Shown: positions 47,418 through 61,055, counted from the first letter of the whole stretch. The stretch: DNA of 63,513 nt, filler included, from Octopus bimaculoides (GCF_001194135.2; 6 parts of 5 records of this genome joined end to end with filler, not necessarily neighbours in it); one strand, 5' to 3'. The notes: a model not told the origin generated them from the letters alone. Made by a program: numbers and translations.

Positions 47418-47760
47418 TTTCCGAAGCACATGTGAAGTAGATCCTGTTTGAAGGAGAATGCCGATCCTTCAATTTGGTTGACACGTGTATCACAGTTAGG
47501 TCTTCCGCATATTTTTAATTGTCAGTTTCGATGTTGTTGGAGAGTGTAGTTGGGCCCGTGTTAGAAGGCCTTTCATTGACTTGGGTTGTCTTTTGCTCTT
47601 TATGATAGTGTACGTATGGAGGATTTGATCCATTCTGTGGTCCCTTGTTAGTAAAGAGATGTTCTGGAGAATGGTGTTGTGCGTGGATATGTATGGTAGG
47701 GCTTTTGGTCGTTAATCCTTCTTTAGTCTGGGTTGTCTGGTCAATATGTTGTCATTTTAT
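47418..47760 (-). mobile_element. Penelope-like element fragment (linker upstream of GIY-YIG)
   Basis: LPYISTHNTILQNISLLTRDHRMDQIL...IIKSKRQPKSMKGLLTRA resembles the PLE motif I.S.RQP.NLK.LLTRA. Confidence 0.6.
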
Positions 47761-47762
47761 TT

Positions 47763-48990
47763 GACCCCAGTCAAATAGTCGTCGGTCAATTCGTCGCTGG
47801 TCAGTTCGTCCCCAGGTAAATTCGTCGTCAATCAATTCGACGAGATCATAGGCAAAATAGATGTACGAATGTCTGAATTAAAACCCGTTTATTTTAAGCT
47901 TTTCTGTATTACATATTTATTTTTTCTTAAAAGTGAAGATTATGCGCAATTGCCTTTTTTTTGGCTCGGATCATATCTTTCCATGATATTTTTTACACGC
48001 AGTATAATAGCGCCTGTATTTTTTCTTTTGACCTGGTTCTTCTCCTTTCATAAACATCTGGAAGACTTATATTTGGAAGNNNNNNNNNNAATATTCACTG
48101 TGTTTAACAGCGTGCTGCTTTACGCTTCTAAACTATTCGCTGTGCGAGCAATCTCCGTCATACACCCATGTCAACAATTCCATATAGGTAATGGAAATGG
48201 GGGTTCAATGCGTCGCCTTCTCTGTCCTCTTCGTCTAGGTGGCCCTATATAATTATTTTCAAAATAAGGTACAATTGATTGTGGAATATCATCATCATCT
48301 ACAAGTCGTTCATTTCTATCTACAGCACCATCAACTGGTAGGAAGCCAAAGACAAAAAATACCGCATTTTTAGACTGAATCTGTCATCTTCGTGATATCT
48401 GCATTTTAGTTCTTGTTCCACAACATGCTTGTACACATTTTGTCCTAAATGAAACAAGCAGTATGCCANNNNNNNNNNTAAATGAAACAAGCAGTATGCC
48501 AAATTCGACCCAGTACAGGATTCCAGAAATCCGTTATAGGCTGCACTTTCCAAATCCATAATTATATTAAGTTTCTCATTCTGCCATAATTCACTTATTT
48601 TAGCAAAATGTCTACTATATGTGACTTTCACTTTTGTTAGAGAGCAATGTGCACAATCGTGGGGCATTAAAATTATCGATTTAAATGTGAAGTATATATG
48701 AGTGAAAAAATATACTTGATCAGCACTTAAATGTTCCATCAAACACCTGATTCTGTCGAAGTGCTTCGTCTCTTGCAAATATTAGTTTTCGTTTTGAATC
48801 ATCCATCTCGCTGTCATACATTAAAACCATTTCATCATTGTCAAGGTAGGAGTATTCACTTGGAATGGAAAATCCCAAATTTGTAAGTGGGGTGGCAAGA
48901 TAGTTGCAATCAGCTTGTCTCCAATGTTTGATATTCATATAAAGCTTTGCAAGGATAGGTGTTTTAGTATTTTGCTTTTGGAGTCAGTTC
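47763..48990 (-). mobile_element. MULE/Mutator-like transposase remnant with a subrepeated terminal region
   Basis: DGTFKC; IIMDLESAAYNGF...CLFHLGQNVYKHV (MULE D...DFE.A...C.FH..Q). 47763-47850 contains five ~15-bp units of GGTCAATTCGTCGC type. Confidence 0.8.
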
Positions 48991-49059
48991 TCATCCCTAG
49001 CTGGTGATTGTCACACNNNNNNNNNNTATTTTGCTTTTGGAGTCAGTTCTCATCCCTAG

Positions 49060-49615
49060 CTGGTGATTGTCACACGATGATGACTGGTTACTACTCAGAA
49101 ACCCGGGTCAGCCAAGCGGCGTTCCGTTTGAGCGATGTAGAGAGAAGGAGAGAAANNNNNNNNNNNNNNNNNNNNNNNNNGTCAGCCAAGCGGCGTTCCG
49201 TTTGAGCGATGTAGAGAGAAGGAGAGAAAGATGCAGTAAATGACGTTGCTAGAAGTGCAGGTAAAGGAAGTCAGTGATATGATAGAGAAGATGATGGGTG
49301 CCTGTGAGAGTTTGTTTGTGTGTATGGGTTCGCTTCGTATGTATCCATGTCCTTTATATAGTTTTAGTTACATATATTATCTATCTCTGTGTTTCATTCA
49401 TCACAGGTATGTGGCAGATATATCTATATATTCGTTTATTTATCTATTTATATATTTCTTTATGTATTTTCTTATTTATTTTATACAACTGCTTCTATTT
49501 CTTATAAGTATCACAGATAAATGCATATATGTCTCTGGTGTGGGTATTACTCTGTATGTATCTGTGTATCATTTACGGTTTAGTCCCCCCCCCCCTGTTG
49601 GCAATAAAGAAATAA
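49060..49615 (+). mobile_element. Probable L1/Tx1-like 3' end
   Basis: A T-rich UTR ends TTAGTCCCCCCCCCCTGTTGGCAATAAAGAAA, similar to the tail of the ORF1-only element at 11640-11680. The coding remnant is weak. Confidence 0.4.
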
Positions 49616-49689
49616 TTATTCACGGTTTTTGTCCTTTCACTCTCTCATCACATCTCTACTGTTTTTAGTCATGTGGTATGGTTTAGTGT

Positions 49690-50680
49690 TGCGTATTACT
49701 GTTGAATGTTTTTGCATCGTCCCTCAGTACATCGTAAGCTATACACTACATTTCTAATCTTACAGTTAAACTTTGGGTTCATCCTACATACAACACAATT
49801 GTACTCTCTGCAGGGTGACTTACCAAAGGGATAATATCGCAGATGNNNNNNNNNNNNNNNNNNNNNNNNNNNNNNNNNNNNNNNNTTCGTAGATTAGCCT
49901 TACTTATGCTTTTCTAAAAAGCTTTGCTAGTTCGCCGCCACGGATAGCATCAACGAACATGACACTGGTATTTTTTACTGTCATACCAAGTGTTGGCCTT
50001 ATTTATCTTATTACTGGTCCTTTCCGTGNNNNNNNNNNGCCTTATTTATCTTATTACTGGTCCTTTCCGTGCTGTTCCAGGATTTACTTCTGTACAGCAG
50101 GCAGATTGCGTTAGCAACACTCTCTATGATGGCTTTGTACTTAGTCCTGGCTCCTTTGTTCACTCTAATCCTGTTACTTTGATTGTAGCCAGAGAACTGC
50201 ATGCGGTGGATGAAGTGTGGTATGTGTCTTTCCAATTCCATAGGGTTGCACATACAAGACGCATTCCTCATCACTCTCACCAAGTCTGCTATGAGAATAT
50301 TGAACTTGGCGTTGTCCGCAATCGCTGCGTTCTTGTGAACAAAGTACTTAGAGGCCATGAGTTTGGCATAATGTGCGTGTAGGGTCTGGACCTTACCGTT
50401 CTTGGTTTCTAGCCATAGTTCAGTGTCTAAATTTGGTAATCTATATTTAGCGTGTTTACTAGGGTAGTCTATCGTTATTTCTATATTCTGCTGGATAGAG
50501 TTAGCTATGTGCTGGATGCTGTCCACAGTGTTAGCTTCTTGATCATCAACATTGTTTTGTAGGGGTGCTCTGGCTACTCTGTTGATATCATCTACGTAGA
50601 AGGAATACATGGTTGTTGCAGCCGGTTGTGGAGTTACCGTTACATTTGTTGTTTTAGAGGTGGTTGTTGTGTTGTTCATA
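49690..50680 (-). mobile_element. Penelope-like element (different clade): RT C-terminus plus C-terminal GIY-YIG start
   Basis: ORF 50011-50679: FYVDDIN...IEITIDYPSKHAKYRLPNLDTELW...HAHYAKLMASKY...RMQFSGY. Downstream: PCREYNCVVC...NCKIRNVVYSLRC. Confidence 0.8.
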
Positions 50681-50889
50681 TGTTGATATATTCATAAACG
50701 CATGCGCCCGTAAGGATATATATCTTAGAAGAACAGAATGGACTAAGTGGAGCAAGAACACACACGGAAACGAAAAGTGCGGGCGAAGAGGTCACAGATG
50801 TGTGACGAATGATTTCTGGACAATGGATAAGCGTTAAAATAATAAAATAACAGTAATAAACGAGAAGCATTTCACTTAGACTTTCTAGA

Positions 50890-51900
50890 TCATCTGCTAA
50901 TGTTAATATCTTCAACGATAAAGCCGAATTTTATAACTCAGCCTTACTTAAAGCAGGCTATAAAGAAGAAAATACCTATATTAATTCTACCTCAATTAAT
51001 CAGGACATGAAAACACGTCATAACGGTAATAACAATGTAAATTTTACTTCGAATAACAACACTAAATCGAAAAATGTAATTTTGCATTGTAAGATAACTG
51101 TTCTTTATATCCCTTTATACGCCATAAAAATAAGTCTGGGACTTTTGAAGATAATGAAGCAAATAATAAGTTGTGTTCTAGTACAACTGTTGATCATATG
51201 TTACGCAGATGAAATCCAACACCCCTTACCGTTTTCGTGATGCTATAGATAAGAATTATCCAAAAATTTCAGGATACCATTCCATTATCAATTCACAAAA
51301 AATTTGGATAGGGTTTTCAAATACCAAAACATTCGACAAATCATCTCTTCGCATAACAATAAATTGTTAAATACAAATCCACTTAATGAAAATAATAACA
51401 GTGATATCATTAATGCTAACCATTCTTTGAACAACAATAACATCAATATTAATATTTCTGATATATATTCGAATCGTTCGTTTGTTTAGCAGTAATTCTA
51501 AGACAAGAAACTATGTTTATCAATGTTAAATTACTTCATATTCTGATGTTTTCTTTTTACATAGGTAGCTCAGCGTTTCAGTTGTCGAAAAGAATATCGA
51601 ACCATTACTCTACATTTAGACATATCAATAAAAGCAACGATACTGGGCTTGGTAAATTAATTTGGTATCTAAAGGAACATGATAAACAATTCGATTTGGA
51701 ATGAAAAATTGTATCTAGATCCTTCCCATATGAGAAAGGTAAATCCTTCTGTCCGCTCTGTAGCGAAGAACAATTTCTCATCCTTTTCTCGGAGAATGCT
51801 CTTCTAAACACGTTTAAGGAACGCGTTTATCGTTGTAAACATTGACAAAACATACCTTTAGTTCCTATAAGTAATTTCTACCAATCTATAAAGGCTCGAC
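50890..51900 (+). mobile_element. Penelope-like element 3' part (thumb, linker, GIY-YIG), decayed
   Basis: FYNSALLKAGY; FRDAIDKNYPK...; NIRQIISSHNNKLLN; FYIGSSAFQLSKRISNHYSTFRH...TGLGKLIWYLKE...FCPLCSEE...LLN...ERVYRCKH. Confidence 0.8.
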
Positions 51901-52324
51901 CTTTAACTCTCTTCTTAAATTTCATTTCCACTACATATATCTATTTCCGCGCTTTTAAGCTTTATTCCCATTATCCATCACACTATGTTTCTCTACTCTT
52001 AATTTTCTGTGTTAATTTCTTTTTTCCCCCGCATTATCTAAATTACCTTTGACATTAAATCAATTAAAGTTTTCTTTTTTGAAAAATAAATTGCGAAGCG
52101 TTCCCCTTCTTTATATACGCGGTAATCAAATACGGTTAAAATCGTTTATTTTTGTGTTTTGTTTCTATTTTTTCCCGGACGAGATGATTGCCTTGTTTTA
52201 CATCATTTTTATTCCCTCTGGAATAATCTCAATGCTTTCTTCGTTTGACTCCATTTTTATTATTATAGGAAATGGAGTAAATATATTTATGAGCAAATAA
52301 ATATAAAAAGGTAATTAAAATTCA

Positions 52325-52428
52325 TCAAATTGTTGGTGCTCGTACGGTAGGCGCTAGCGCAACGAAAACAGCCGAAACGTTTTGTGTATCAAGAAGTACT
52401 GTCTCGAAAGTAATGACAGCCTTTGAGA
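52325..52428 (+). mobile_element. Tc1/mariner transposase N-terminal HTH fragment
   Basis: QIVGARTVGASATKTAETFCVSRSTVSKVMTAFE. Confidence 0.7.
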
Positions 52429-52528
52429 NNNNNNNNNNNNNNNNNNNNNNNNNNNNNNNNNNNNNNNNNNNNTTAATTAATTAANNNNNNNNNNNNNNNN
52501 NNNNNNNNNNNNNNNNNNNNNNNNNNNN

Positions 52529-52597
<69 letters not shown>

Positions 52598-53383
52598 CTA
52601 TATATATATTTATACATACATATATATATGTGTACATATGTATGTATAATATTGTATGTATAATATTCCGACAAATATACACAAATAAATATGTACCTGT
52701 GTGTGAATGTGTGTGTGCATGTGTGTGTGTGTGCGCGCGCGCGCAGTGTGTGCGTGTGTGCGCGTGTGTGTATGAGTGTGTATGTGTGCGCACATATGTA
52801 TTTGTGTGTAGTGTGACACAAACCCATTGAACATACATACACACTCATACACATATTTTTTTATGAATAAAGAAATATATTTCACAAATTTTGTATATCA
52901 TGTTTTTACATTCACTTTAACATGTCCACATGTGTCACACATCAGTGGAGTTTCTATAGACGGATGCCCTTCCTATTGCCAACACTCACCCATTTCCATG
53001 TAAGATAACATTTGTCCAGGACAAGATGTCTTTTTTTTCTTTTCACTGATTTGAAACAAGGGTCACTATTTGCATGACAATGACACTTACGTAGGACTAT
53101 TATGTGATATCAAGACAAGGACTCAGTAACCTACAACTGCATAAACACACAGATAAATAGATAGATAGATAGACAGCAATACACATGCATATAGATGTTG
53201 ATAAACATATATGCTTATGAGGATTCCATAGAGAATGAATGTAAAATGCTGCGGGTGATAAAGCATATATATATATTACTGGCTTATTGCCTCTCCCAAG
53301 GTTCATATATATATATATATATATTTATATTTACATACATGTATGTATGTATATCTTTGTATATATACATATAAATATAGATG

Positions 53384-53415
<32 letters not shown>

Positions 53416-54129
53416 NNNNNNNNNNNNNNNNNNNNNNNNNNNNNNNNNNNNNNNNNNNNNNNNNNNNNNNNNNNNNNNNNNNNNNNNNNNNNNNNNNNNN
53501 NNNNNNNNNNNNNNNNNNNNNNNNNNNNNNNNNNNNNNNNNNNNNNNNNNNNNNNNNNNNNNNNNNNNNNNNNNNNNNNNNNNNNNNNNNNNNNNNNNNN
53601 NNNNNNNNNNNNNNNNNNNNNNNNNNNNNNNNNNNNNNNNNNNNNNNNNNNNNNNNNNNNNNNNNNNNNNNNNNNNNNNNNNNNNNNNNNNNNNNNNNNN
53701 NNNNNNNNNNNNNNNNNNNNNNNNNNNNNNNNNNNNNNNNNNNNNNNNNNNNNNNNNNNNNNNNNNNNNNNNNNNNNNNNNNNNNNNNNNNNNNNNNNNN
53801 NNNNNNNNNNNNNNNNNNNNNNNNNNNNNNNNNNNNNNNNNNNNNNNNNNNNNNNNNNNNNNNNNNNNNNNNNNNNNNNNNNNNNNNNNNNNNNNNNNNN
53901 NNNNNNNNNNNNNNNNNNNNNNNNNNNNNNNNNNNNNNNNNNNNNNNNNNNNNNNNNNNNNNNNNNNNNNNNNNNNNNNNNNNNNNNNNNNNNNNNNNNN
54001 NNNNNNNNNNNNNNNNNNNNNNNNNNNNNNNNNNNNNNNNNNNNNNNNNNNNNNNNNNNNNNNNNNNNNNNNNNNNNNNNNNNNNNNNNNNNNNNNATAT
54101 ATATATATATATATATATCTGTGTGTGTG

Positions 54130-54430
54130 AAGACGCATGGCTTAGTGCTTAGTGTATTTGGCTCATAATCCTAAGGTTCAATTCCTAGCAACACATAGTG
54201 TGTTTGAACAAGGCACTTTATTTCACGTTGCTCCAGTCCACTTAGCTGGCAAAAATGGGTTATACCTGTATATCAAAGGGCCAGCCTTGACACACTCTGT
54301 GTCATGCTGAATATCCCTCAGAACTGCATTAAGGGTACACGTGTCTGTGGAGTGCTCGGCTCCTTGCACATTAATTTCACAAGTAAGCTGTTCCATTGAT
54401 TGGATGAAATGGAACCTTTACTGTTGTAGC
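54130..54430 (+). mobile_element. tRNA-derived SINE, third family
   Basis: GCATGGCTTAGTGCTTAG...GGTTCAATTCC head, then GAACAAGGCACTTTATTTCACGTTGCTCCAGTCCACT central domain. Confidence 0.6.
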
Positions 54431-56082
54431 CAACAGAGTGAATATACATACACATATTAAGGTTTCTGTTTATGTTCAGTTTATAATAAAAACTATCTGA
54501 TGGGTTACTCTATAATTTTGTAGAGCACAAACTTATTATTCTTCAACAATAATCTTGAATGACTAAAAACCTTCAGCCAGCTAAGCTGAATAATATATGT
54601 ATACATATATACATACACATATATATTAAATATATATANNNNNNNNNNNNNNNNNNNNNNNNNNNNNNNNNNNNNNNNNNNNNNNNNNNNNNNNNNNNNN
54701 NNNNNNNNNNNNNNNNNNNNNNNNNNNNNNNNNNNNNNGAGAGATAAATAGATAGATAGATAGATAGATACATACATACATACATACAAACATAGATATA
54801 GATTTAGATATATGATTATAATATGTATGCATAATTCAAGAATCAACAAACAAGTATATACTTATGCATACATTCAGATTTTATATATTCCCAAAATGTT
54901 TAACATACATTATTGTAGAGTGATATTAATTAAATACTTGCCTAATTATGTACTTAATAAAAAAATGATTGCTCAATATATATATACAATGTATAAAATA
55001 AAAATTTTAAGACGGCATGAATTTTTTATAATGTAAAAATGTCTGCATATATGCGAGTGTGTGTGTCAATGTATATATATTGTGTATCATCACAATTGAA
55101 ATAGATTTTGAGTGGACTGCCTGTCTTTGCAGTATTCGATACAAAATACAATTAAATATTCCTGTATTAAATATTTCAAAATGATCATCTTAGAGCTTAG
55201 ATCATCAATTATTCATATATATGTATATATATATCATCATCATTATCGTATATATACCATCATCATATATCATATATACATATATATATATATATATANN
55301 NNNNNNNNNNNNNNNNNNNNNNNNNNNNNNNNNNNNNNNNNNNNNNNNNNNNNNNNNNNNNNNNNNNNNNNNNNNNNNNNNNNNNNNNNNNNNNNNNNNN
55401 NNNNNNNNNNNNNNNNNNNNNNNNNNNNNNNNNNNNNNNNNNNNNNNNNNNNNNNNNNNNNNNNNNNNNNNNNNNNNNNNNNNNNNNNNNNNNNNNNNNN
55501 NNNNNNNNNNNNNNNNNNNNNNNNNNNNNNNNNNNNNNNNNNNNNNNNNNNNNNNNNNNNNNNNNNNNNNNNNNNNNNNNNNNNNNNNNNNNNNNNNNNN
55601 NNNNNNNNNNNNNNNNNNNNNNNNNNNNNNNNNNNNNNNNNNNNNNNNNNNNNNNNNNNNNNNNNNNNNNNNNNNNNNNNNNNNNNNNNNNNNNNNNNNN
55701 NNNNNNNNNNNNNNNNNNNNNNNNNNNNNNNNNNNNNNNNNNNNNNNNNNNNNNNNNNNNNNNNNNNNNNNNNNNNNNNNNNNNNNNNNNNNNNNNNNNN
55801 NNNNNNNNNNNNNNNNNNNNNNNNNNNNNNNNNNNNNNNNNNNNNNNNNNNNNNNNNNNNNNNNNNNNNNNNNNNNNNNNNNNNNNNNNNNNNNNNNNNN
55901 NNNNNNNNNNNNNNNNNNNNNNNNNNNNNNNNNNNNNNNNNNNNNNNNNNNNNNNNNNNNNNNNNNNNNNNNNNNNNNNNNNNNNNNNNNNNNNNNNNNN
56001 NNNNNNNNNNNNNNNNNNNNNNNNNNNNNNNNNNNNNNNNNNNNNNNNNNNNNNNNNNNNNNNNNNNNNNNNNNNNNNNNNN

Positions 56083-56115
<33 letters not shown>

Positions 56116-56939
56116 TATATACATATACAAACATACATACATGCATACATACTTACATACATACATACACAGGTGTGCATGTATATACACATGTACTCTT
56201 TGACACAAAGCACACATACCCAGACACGCACCCTCATGCACCAGCACAATTATATTCACTTTAGTGATTACAATAACACACTCACACTTACACACACACA
56301 CACAAACACACACACACTCTCATTCCATCAACTGTATTCATAAAAGCATACACACACACACACACAATTACATATATGCGGACAACACACTTTCTTGCAT
56401 ACACACAATTATACACATTGTCTCGACAACATAAATGGTTTACCCTCTCTCTTCCACCACGGTGCCAGTTATGATAGGTCCACAGAGTAGCTGCTTCAAA
56501 CACATGCCTATCATTATATACTTAACACACCTGCTTATACATGCTGGCACTCACACAAACATACAAACACACACACACACACACACACATACAAATATGC
56601 ACACGAGCACAGAGAGAAACACAAACACTCACACACACACACAGAAGCTTACAAATACACACAGCGACACATGCAAACACACGAACACACATAAACGCAA
56701 ATCCATATGCATATATTTATGTAGAAAGTGCCATATATGAACACATGTTTAAAGCGAGCACACATAGACAGATACATACGAGATAGATTCAACACAAATA
56801 CAATCACTTATATACAGACATTCAATCATGCACAGATGTGTTTAGTGTAAGAATTATAGAGGCGTTAAATATATGAGTATATTTAAGCTGGACTGGAACA
56901 ATTTATAGTGTAACTGTTGTTGTTATTAATGCTAGGGTG

Positions 56940-57545
56940 ATTGTGTTAGTTCTCACATTTGCTGTTGTTGTTGTTGCTAATGCTGGTGGTGGTGGTGGAG
57001 GTGGTATTGGTGGTGATGGTGGTGGTGGTGGTGGTATTGTTGTTTGTGTTTGTGGGGTTTGTAGTAAAGGTGGTGGCGAGGTGGTGATAGTAGTAGTGAT
57101 GTTTTCGTATCAGCTTTCATGGTGGTATTGGTGGTGGTGGTGGTGGTGGTGGTGGTGGTGGTGGTAGTGGTGTTATTGGTGTTATTGGTGTTATTGGTAG
57201 TGGTGGTGGTTGTGGTGGNNNNNNNNNNNNNNNNNNNNNNNNNNNNNNNNNNNNNNNNNNNNNNNNNNNNNNNNNNNNNNNNNNNNNNNNNNNNNNNNNN
57301 NNNNNNNNNNNNNNNNNNNNNNNNNNNNNNNNNNNNNNNNNNNNNNNNNNNNNNNNNNNNNNNNNNNNNNNNNNNNNNNNNNNNNNNNNNNNNNNNNNNN
57401 NNNNNNNNNNNNNNNNNNNNNNNNNNNNNNNNNNNNNNNNNNNNNNNNNNNNNNNNNNNNNNNNNNNNNNNNNNNNNNNNNNNNNNNNNNNNNNNNNNNN
57501 NNNNNNNNNNNNNNNNNNNNNNNNNNNNNNNNNNNNNNNNNNNNN

Positions 57546-57607
<62 letters not shown>

Positions 57608-57830
57608 GGTATTTGGTGAGGAGTTGGGCAAAGAATTGATGTTTACTGCTGCTGTCTGTATTAAAATGGTGTTGGTTTTGGTTGTGTAAGAGAGTGGGGT
57701 GGGGAATGGTGTTTGTGATGAAGATGATGGTGTTAATGATGGTGGTAGTGGTGGTGTTGGTGGTGGTGGTAGTGGCGGCGGCGGCGGCGGTGGTGGTGAT
57801 TGCGGCGGCAGTTGTCATCATGAGAGAATC
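56940..57830. repeat. Compound (GGT)n/(GTT)n/(GT)n microsatellite region with gap
   Basis: Direct inspection. Confidence 0.9.
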
Positions 57831-59657
57831 TATTCTTCACACCACTTCATTATAAGAACTCATAAACATTGTTCCTTGCCCATACAGAGTCTCTCACTCA
57901 AGCGCGTGCACACACACACACACACACACACTAGCAAAAATGCAGACACAAATATTTACATGCATAGACAACTGTATATGGTCACACAGGTAGACAAGCA
58001 TTTACACATATATACACGTACACACGCATACACATATACATACATGTATATATAAATATACATCCATAACTACATAGACACATAGAAACATATATATAAT
58101 TATGCATACACGCACATATATGTATATGTTATATATATATATATATATATATATNNNNNNNNNNNNNNNNNNNNNNNNNNNNNNNNNNNNNNNNNNNNNN
58201 NNNNNNNNNNNNNNNNNNNNNNNNNNNNNNNNNNNNNNNNNNNNNNNNNNNNNNNNNNNNNNNNNNNNNNNNNNNNNNNNNNNNNNNNNNNNNNNNNNNN
58301 NNNNNNNNNNNNNNNNNNNNNNNNNNNNNNNNNNNNNNNNNNNNNNNNNNNNNNNNNNNNNNNNNNNNNNNNNNNNNNNNNNNNNNNNNNNNNNNNNNNN
58401 NNNNNNNNNNNNNNNNNNNNNNNNNNNNNNNNNNNNNNNNNNNNNNNNNNNNNNNNNNNNNNNNNNNNNNNNNNNNNNNNNNNNNNNNNNNNNNNNNNNN
58501 NNNNNNNNNNNNNNNNNNNNNNNNNNNNNNNNNNNNNNNNNNNNNNNNNNNNNNNNNNNNNNNNNNNNNNNNNNNNNNNNNNNNNNNNNNNNNNNNNNNN
58601 NNNNNNNNNNNNNNNNNNNNNNNNNNNNNNNNNNNNNNNNNNNNNNNNNNNNNNNNNNNNNNNNNNNNNNNNNNNNNNNNNNNNNNNNNNNNNNNNNNNN
58701 NNNNNNNNNNNNNNNNNNNNNNNNNNNNNNNNNNNNNNNNNNNNNNNNNNNNNNNNNNNNNNNNNNNNNNNNNNNNNNNNNNNNNNNNNNNNNNNNNNNN
58801 NNNNNNNNNNNNNNNNNNNNNNNNNNNNNNNNNNNNNNNNNNNNNNNNNNNNNNNNNNNNNNNNNNNNNNNNNNNNNNNNNNNNNNNNNNTATATATATA
58901 TATATATATATTTATTTATTTATAGCTAGCTAGGTAAACAGAGAGCAGACAGATGGAGAAATATATAGATTCAAATCTATCTTTATGTATAGCATAATGT
59001 GTGTGTCTATATATGTATATACTTATCTGTGTGTATACAGAGAAACAAACAGAGAGAGAGGGATAGAAAACTTAGACAAATAGACAGGCAAATAGACACA
59101 GACAGAGACATAGATTAATAGACTTTCTTGCATTAAATCTACTCACACACCTTTACACCCATATTTACATAGGTATATAAAGTCATAAATATACCTCTCT
59201 AAAGAAAAAAATATTTTCTGATCTACATCACACCTAACTCAATGATATATATTTGTGTATGTTTGTGCACGTGTATGTATATATATATATGTGTGTGTGT
59301 GAGTGTGTGTGTATGTGTGACTGTGTGCATGCACATACACATACACATATATATATATGTGCGTATATATATATAAAATAAAGCTAGCTGTGTTTGAAAC
59401 TCTGTATAAATATAGATACACATATTCCCACATATATTCACAGAATATAGTCATATATACAAGAGACACGCGCGCGCGCACACGCACAGTCACATAAACA
59501 CACACAAATACACAGAAGCACAAGCACATATGAAGAATAGTCATATATTACTTTTCGCAATAAATTTGGACGATGGTACTCAATCCTTATTCTAAAGTAT
59601 ATTTTTATCTTTAATGTAATTTCAATTTTCACAAGAGAGCAATTCCATTTAAACTGA

Positions 59658-59766
<109 letters not shown>

Positions 59767-59967
59767 TACACATATAGACAAGGAGGGAGAGAGAGCGTAA
59801 GAGAGAGACAGAGAGAGGGAAAATGAGAACGTCAGACATGCAGACTGAGAAAGAGAGATAGATTGTTTTCACTCTGGCACAAATTGCAATAAACTGTAAA
59901 AAGTTCATAGGAGTTTTACATAAAGTGATCAAGGCCATATTTACATGAGTCACTACTCAGAGTATGT

Positions 59968-60023
<56 letters not shown>

Positions 60024-60267
60024 CATATATATGTATATAAATACATACGCACACACACACACAAACACATATATATATATATACACACAATGAGCTTCTT
60101 ACAGTTTCTATCTACCAAATTCACTTACAAAGCTTTGTTCGGATCAAAGTTATAGAAGAAAACACTTGCCCAAGGTGCCACAGCATGGGACTGCACCCTG
60201 AACTATATCTTTGAGAAGCAAGCTTCTTACCACACAGTCACAATATATATATATATATATACATACA

Positions 60268-60411
60268 TTATTTACATTTGACGGGTATTTGTCCTCATCT
60301 TGTTTGTTGGTAGCACAACGTTTCGGCTGATATACCCTTCCAGCCTTCATCAGGTGTTTTGGGGGAAATTTCGAACCTGGGTTCTCATTCTTAAGATATT
60401 TTTCAATGTTA

Positions 60412-60498
<87 letters not shown>

Positions 60499-60555
60499 TC
60501 ACTGCCTGGAATCGATCTTGCCATCTTGGGGTTATTAACATGCACTCTTAATTAC
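60268..60555 (-). mobile_element. PLE-type terminal repeat: tRNA-like head, (AAT)n, linker, intact hammerhead, 3' tail
   Basis: Minus strand: ...TTAAGAGTGCATGTTAATAACCCCAAGATGGCAAGATCGATTCCAGGCAGTGACCTG-(AAT)n-...GAACCCAGGTTCGAAATTTCCCCC-AAAACACCTGATGA... This is the same family as 13482-13679. The 5' end runs into a gap. Confidence 0.8.
60312..60358 (-). ncRNA. Type I hammerhead ribozyme, intact core
   Basis: AACAC-CTGATGA-A-GGCTG-GAAGGGTATAT-CAGCC-GAAAC-GTT-GTGCT. Helix III is the loopless palindrome AACGTT and the triplet is GUU. Confidence 0.8.
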
Positions 60556-60702
60556 NNNNNNNNNNNNNNNNNNNNNNNNNNNNNNNNNNNNNNNNNNNNT
60601 TAATTAATTAANNNNNNNNNNNNNNNNNNNNNNNNNNNNNNNNNNNNNNNNNNNNTACCATTTTCCTCTTTCTCCGTTCTTCCATTCTCCGAACTTTCCA
60701 TC

Positions 60703-60735
60703 TTTCCGACGAAGGGCTACGCCCGAAACGTCATA
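60703..60735 (+). ncRNA. Hammerhead-like motif with variant core (CCGACGA)
   Basis: CCGACGA-A-GGG-CTACG-CCC-GAAAC-GTC. A more decayed homologue lies on the minus strand at ~5345-5385 (CTGTCAA-AGAG-TGTAGG-CTC-GAAAC-GTC). Confidence 0.5.
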
Positions 60736-61055
60736 CACTCTCTCTTTCCTTTCCTGAGCGTCCAATAATACTATCCATATCACGTCCTCACTTTGTTGTT
60801 TTTTTTGTTTTTTTGTTATTGTTTTTCTTTAACTATATATATATATATATATAATTAAGGGATCAGCAAATATTTGCTGCAACCTTAATTATATTTATAA
60901 ATATATATGAGCTTCCAAATAAGTTCTCCACCAATAATGGTGCTTTCATACCGATGGGCTGGGTAAAAATTGTTAATTGGTAATTGATTTATTAATTAAT
61001 AAATTGATAATCCTTTACCCTTTTAATTTGTAATAATTATATATATATATATATA

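Noticed and set aside
47763-47850. CRISPR-like array
   Set aside because: It has no spacers, sits in a eukaryotic context and adjoins a MULE transposase remnant.
51815-51870. AACGCGTTT...GTTCC as a minus-strand hammerhead
   Set aside because: It lies in plus-strand PLE coding sequence (ERVYRCKH) and has no CUGANGA core.
56420-56500. Short non-repetitive island (TLWTYHNWHRGGRER) as an upstream exon
   Set aside because: The splice signals are weak, there is no recognisable homology, and it is separated from the AMOP exons by two scaffold joins.
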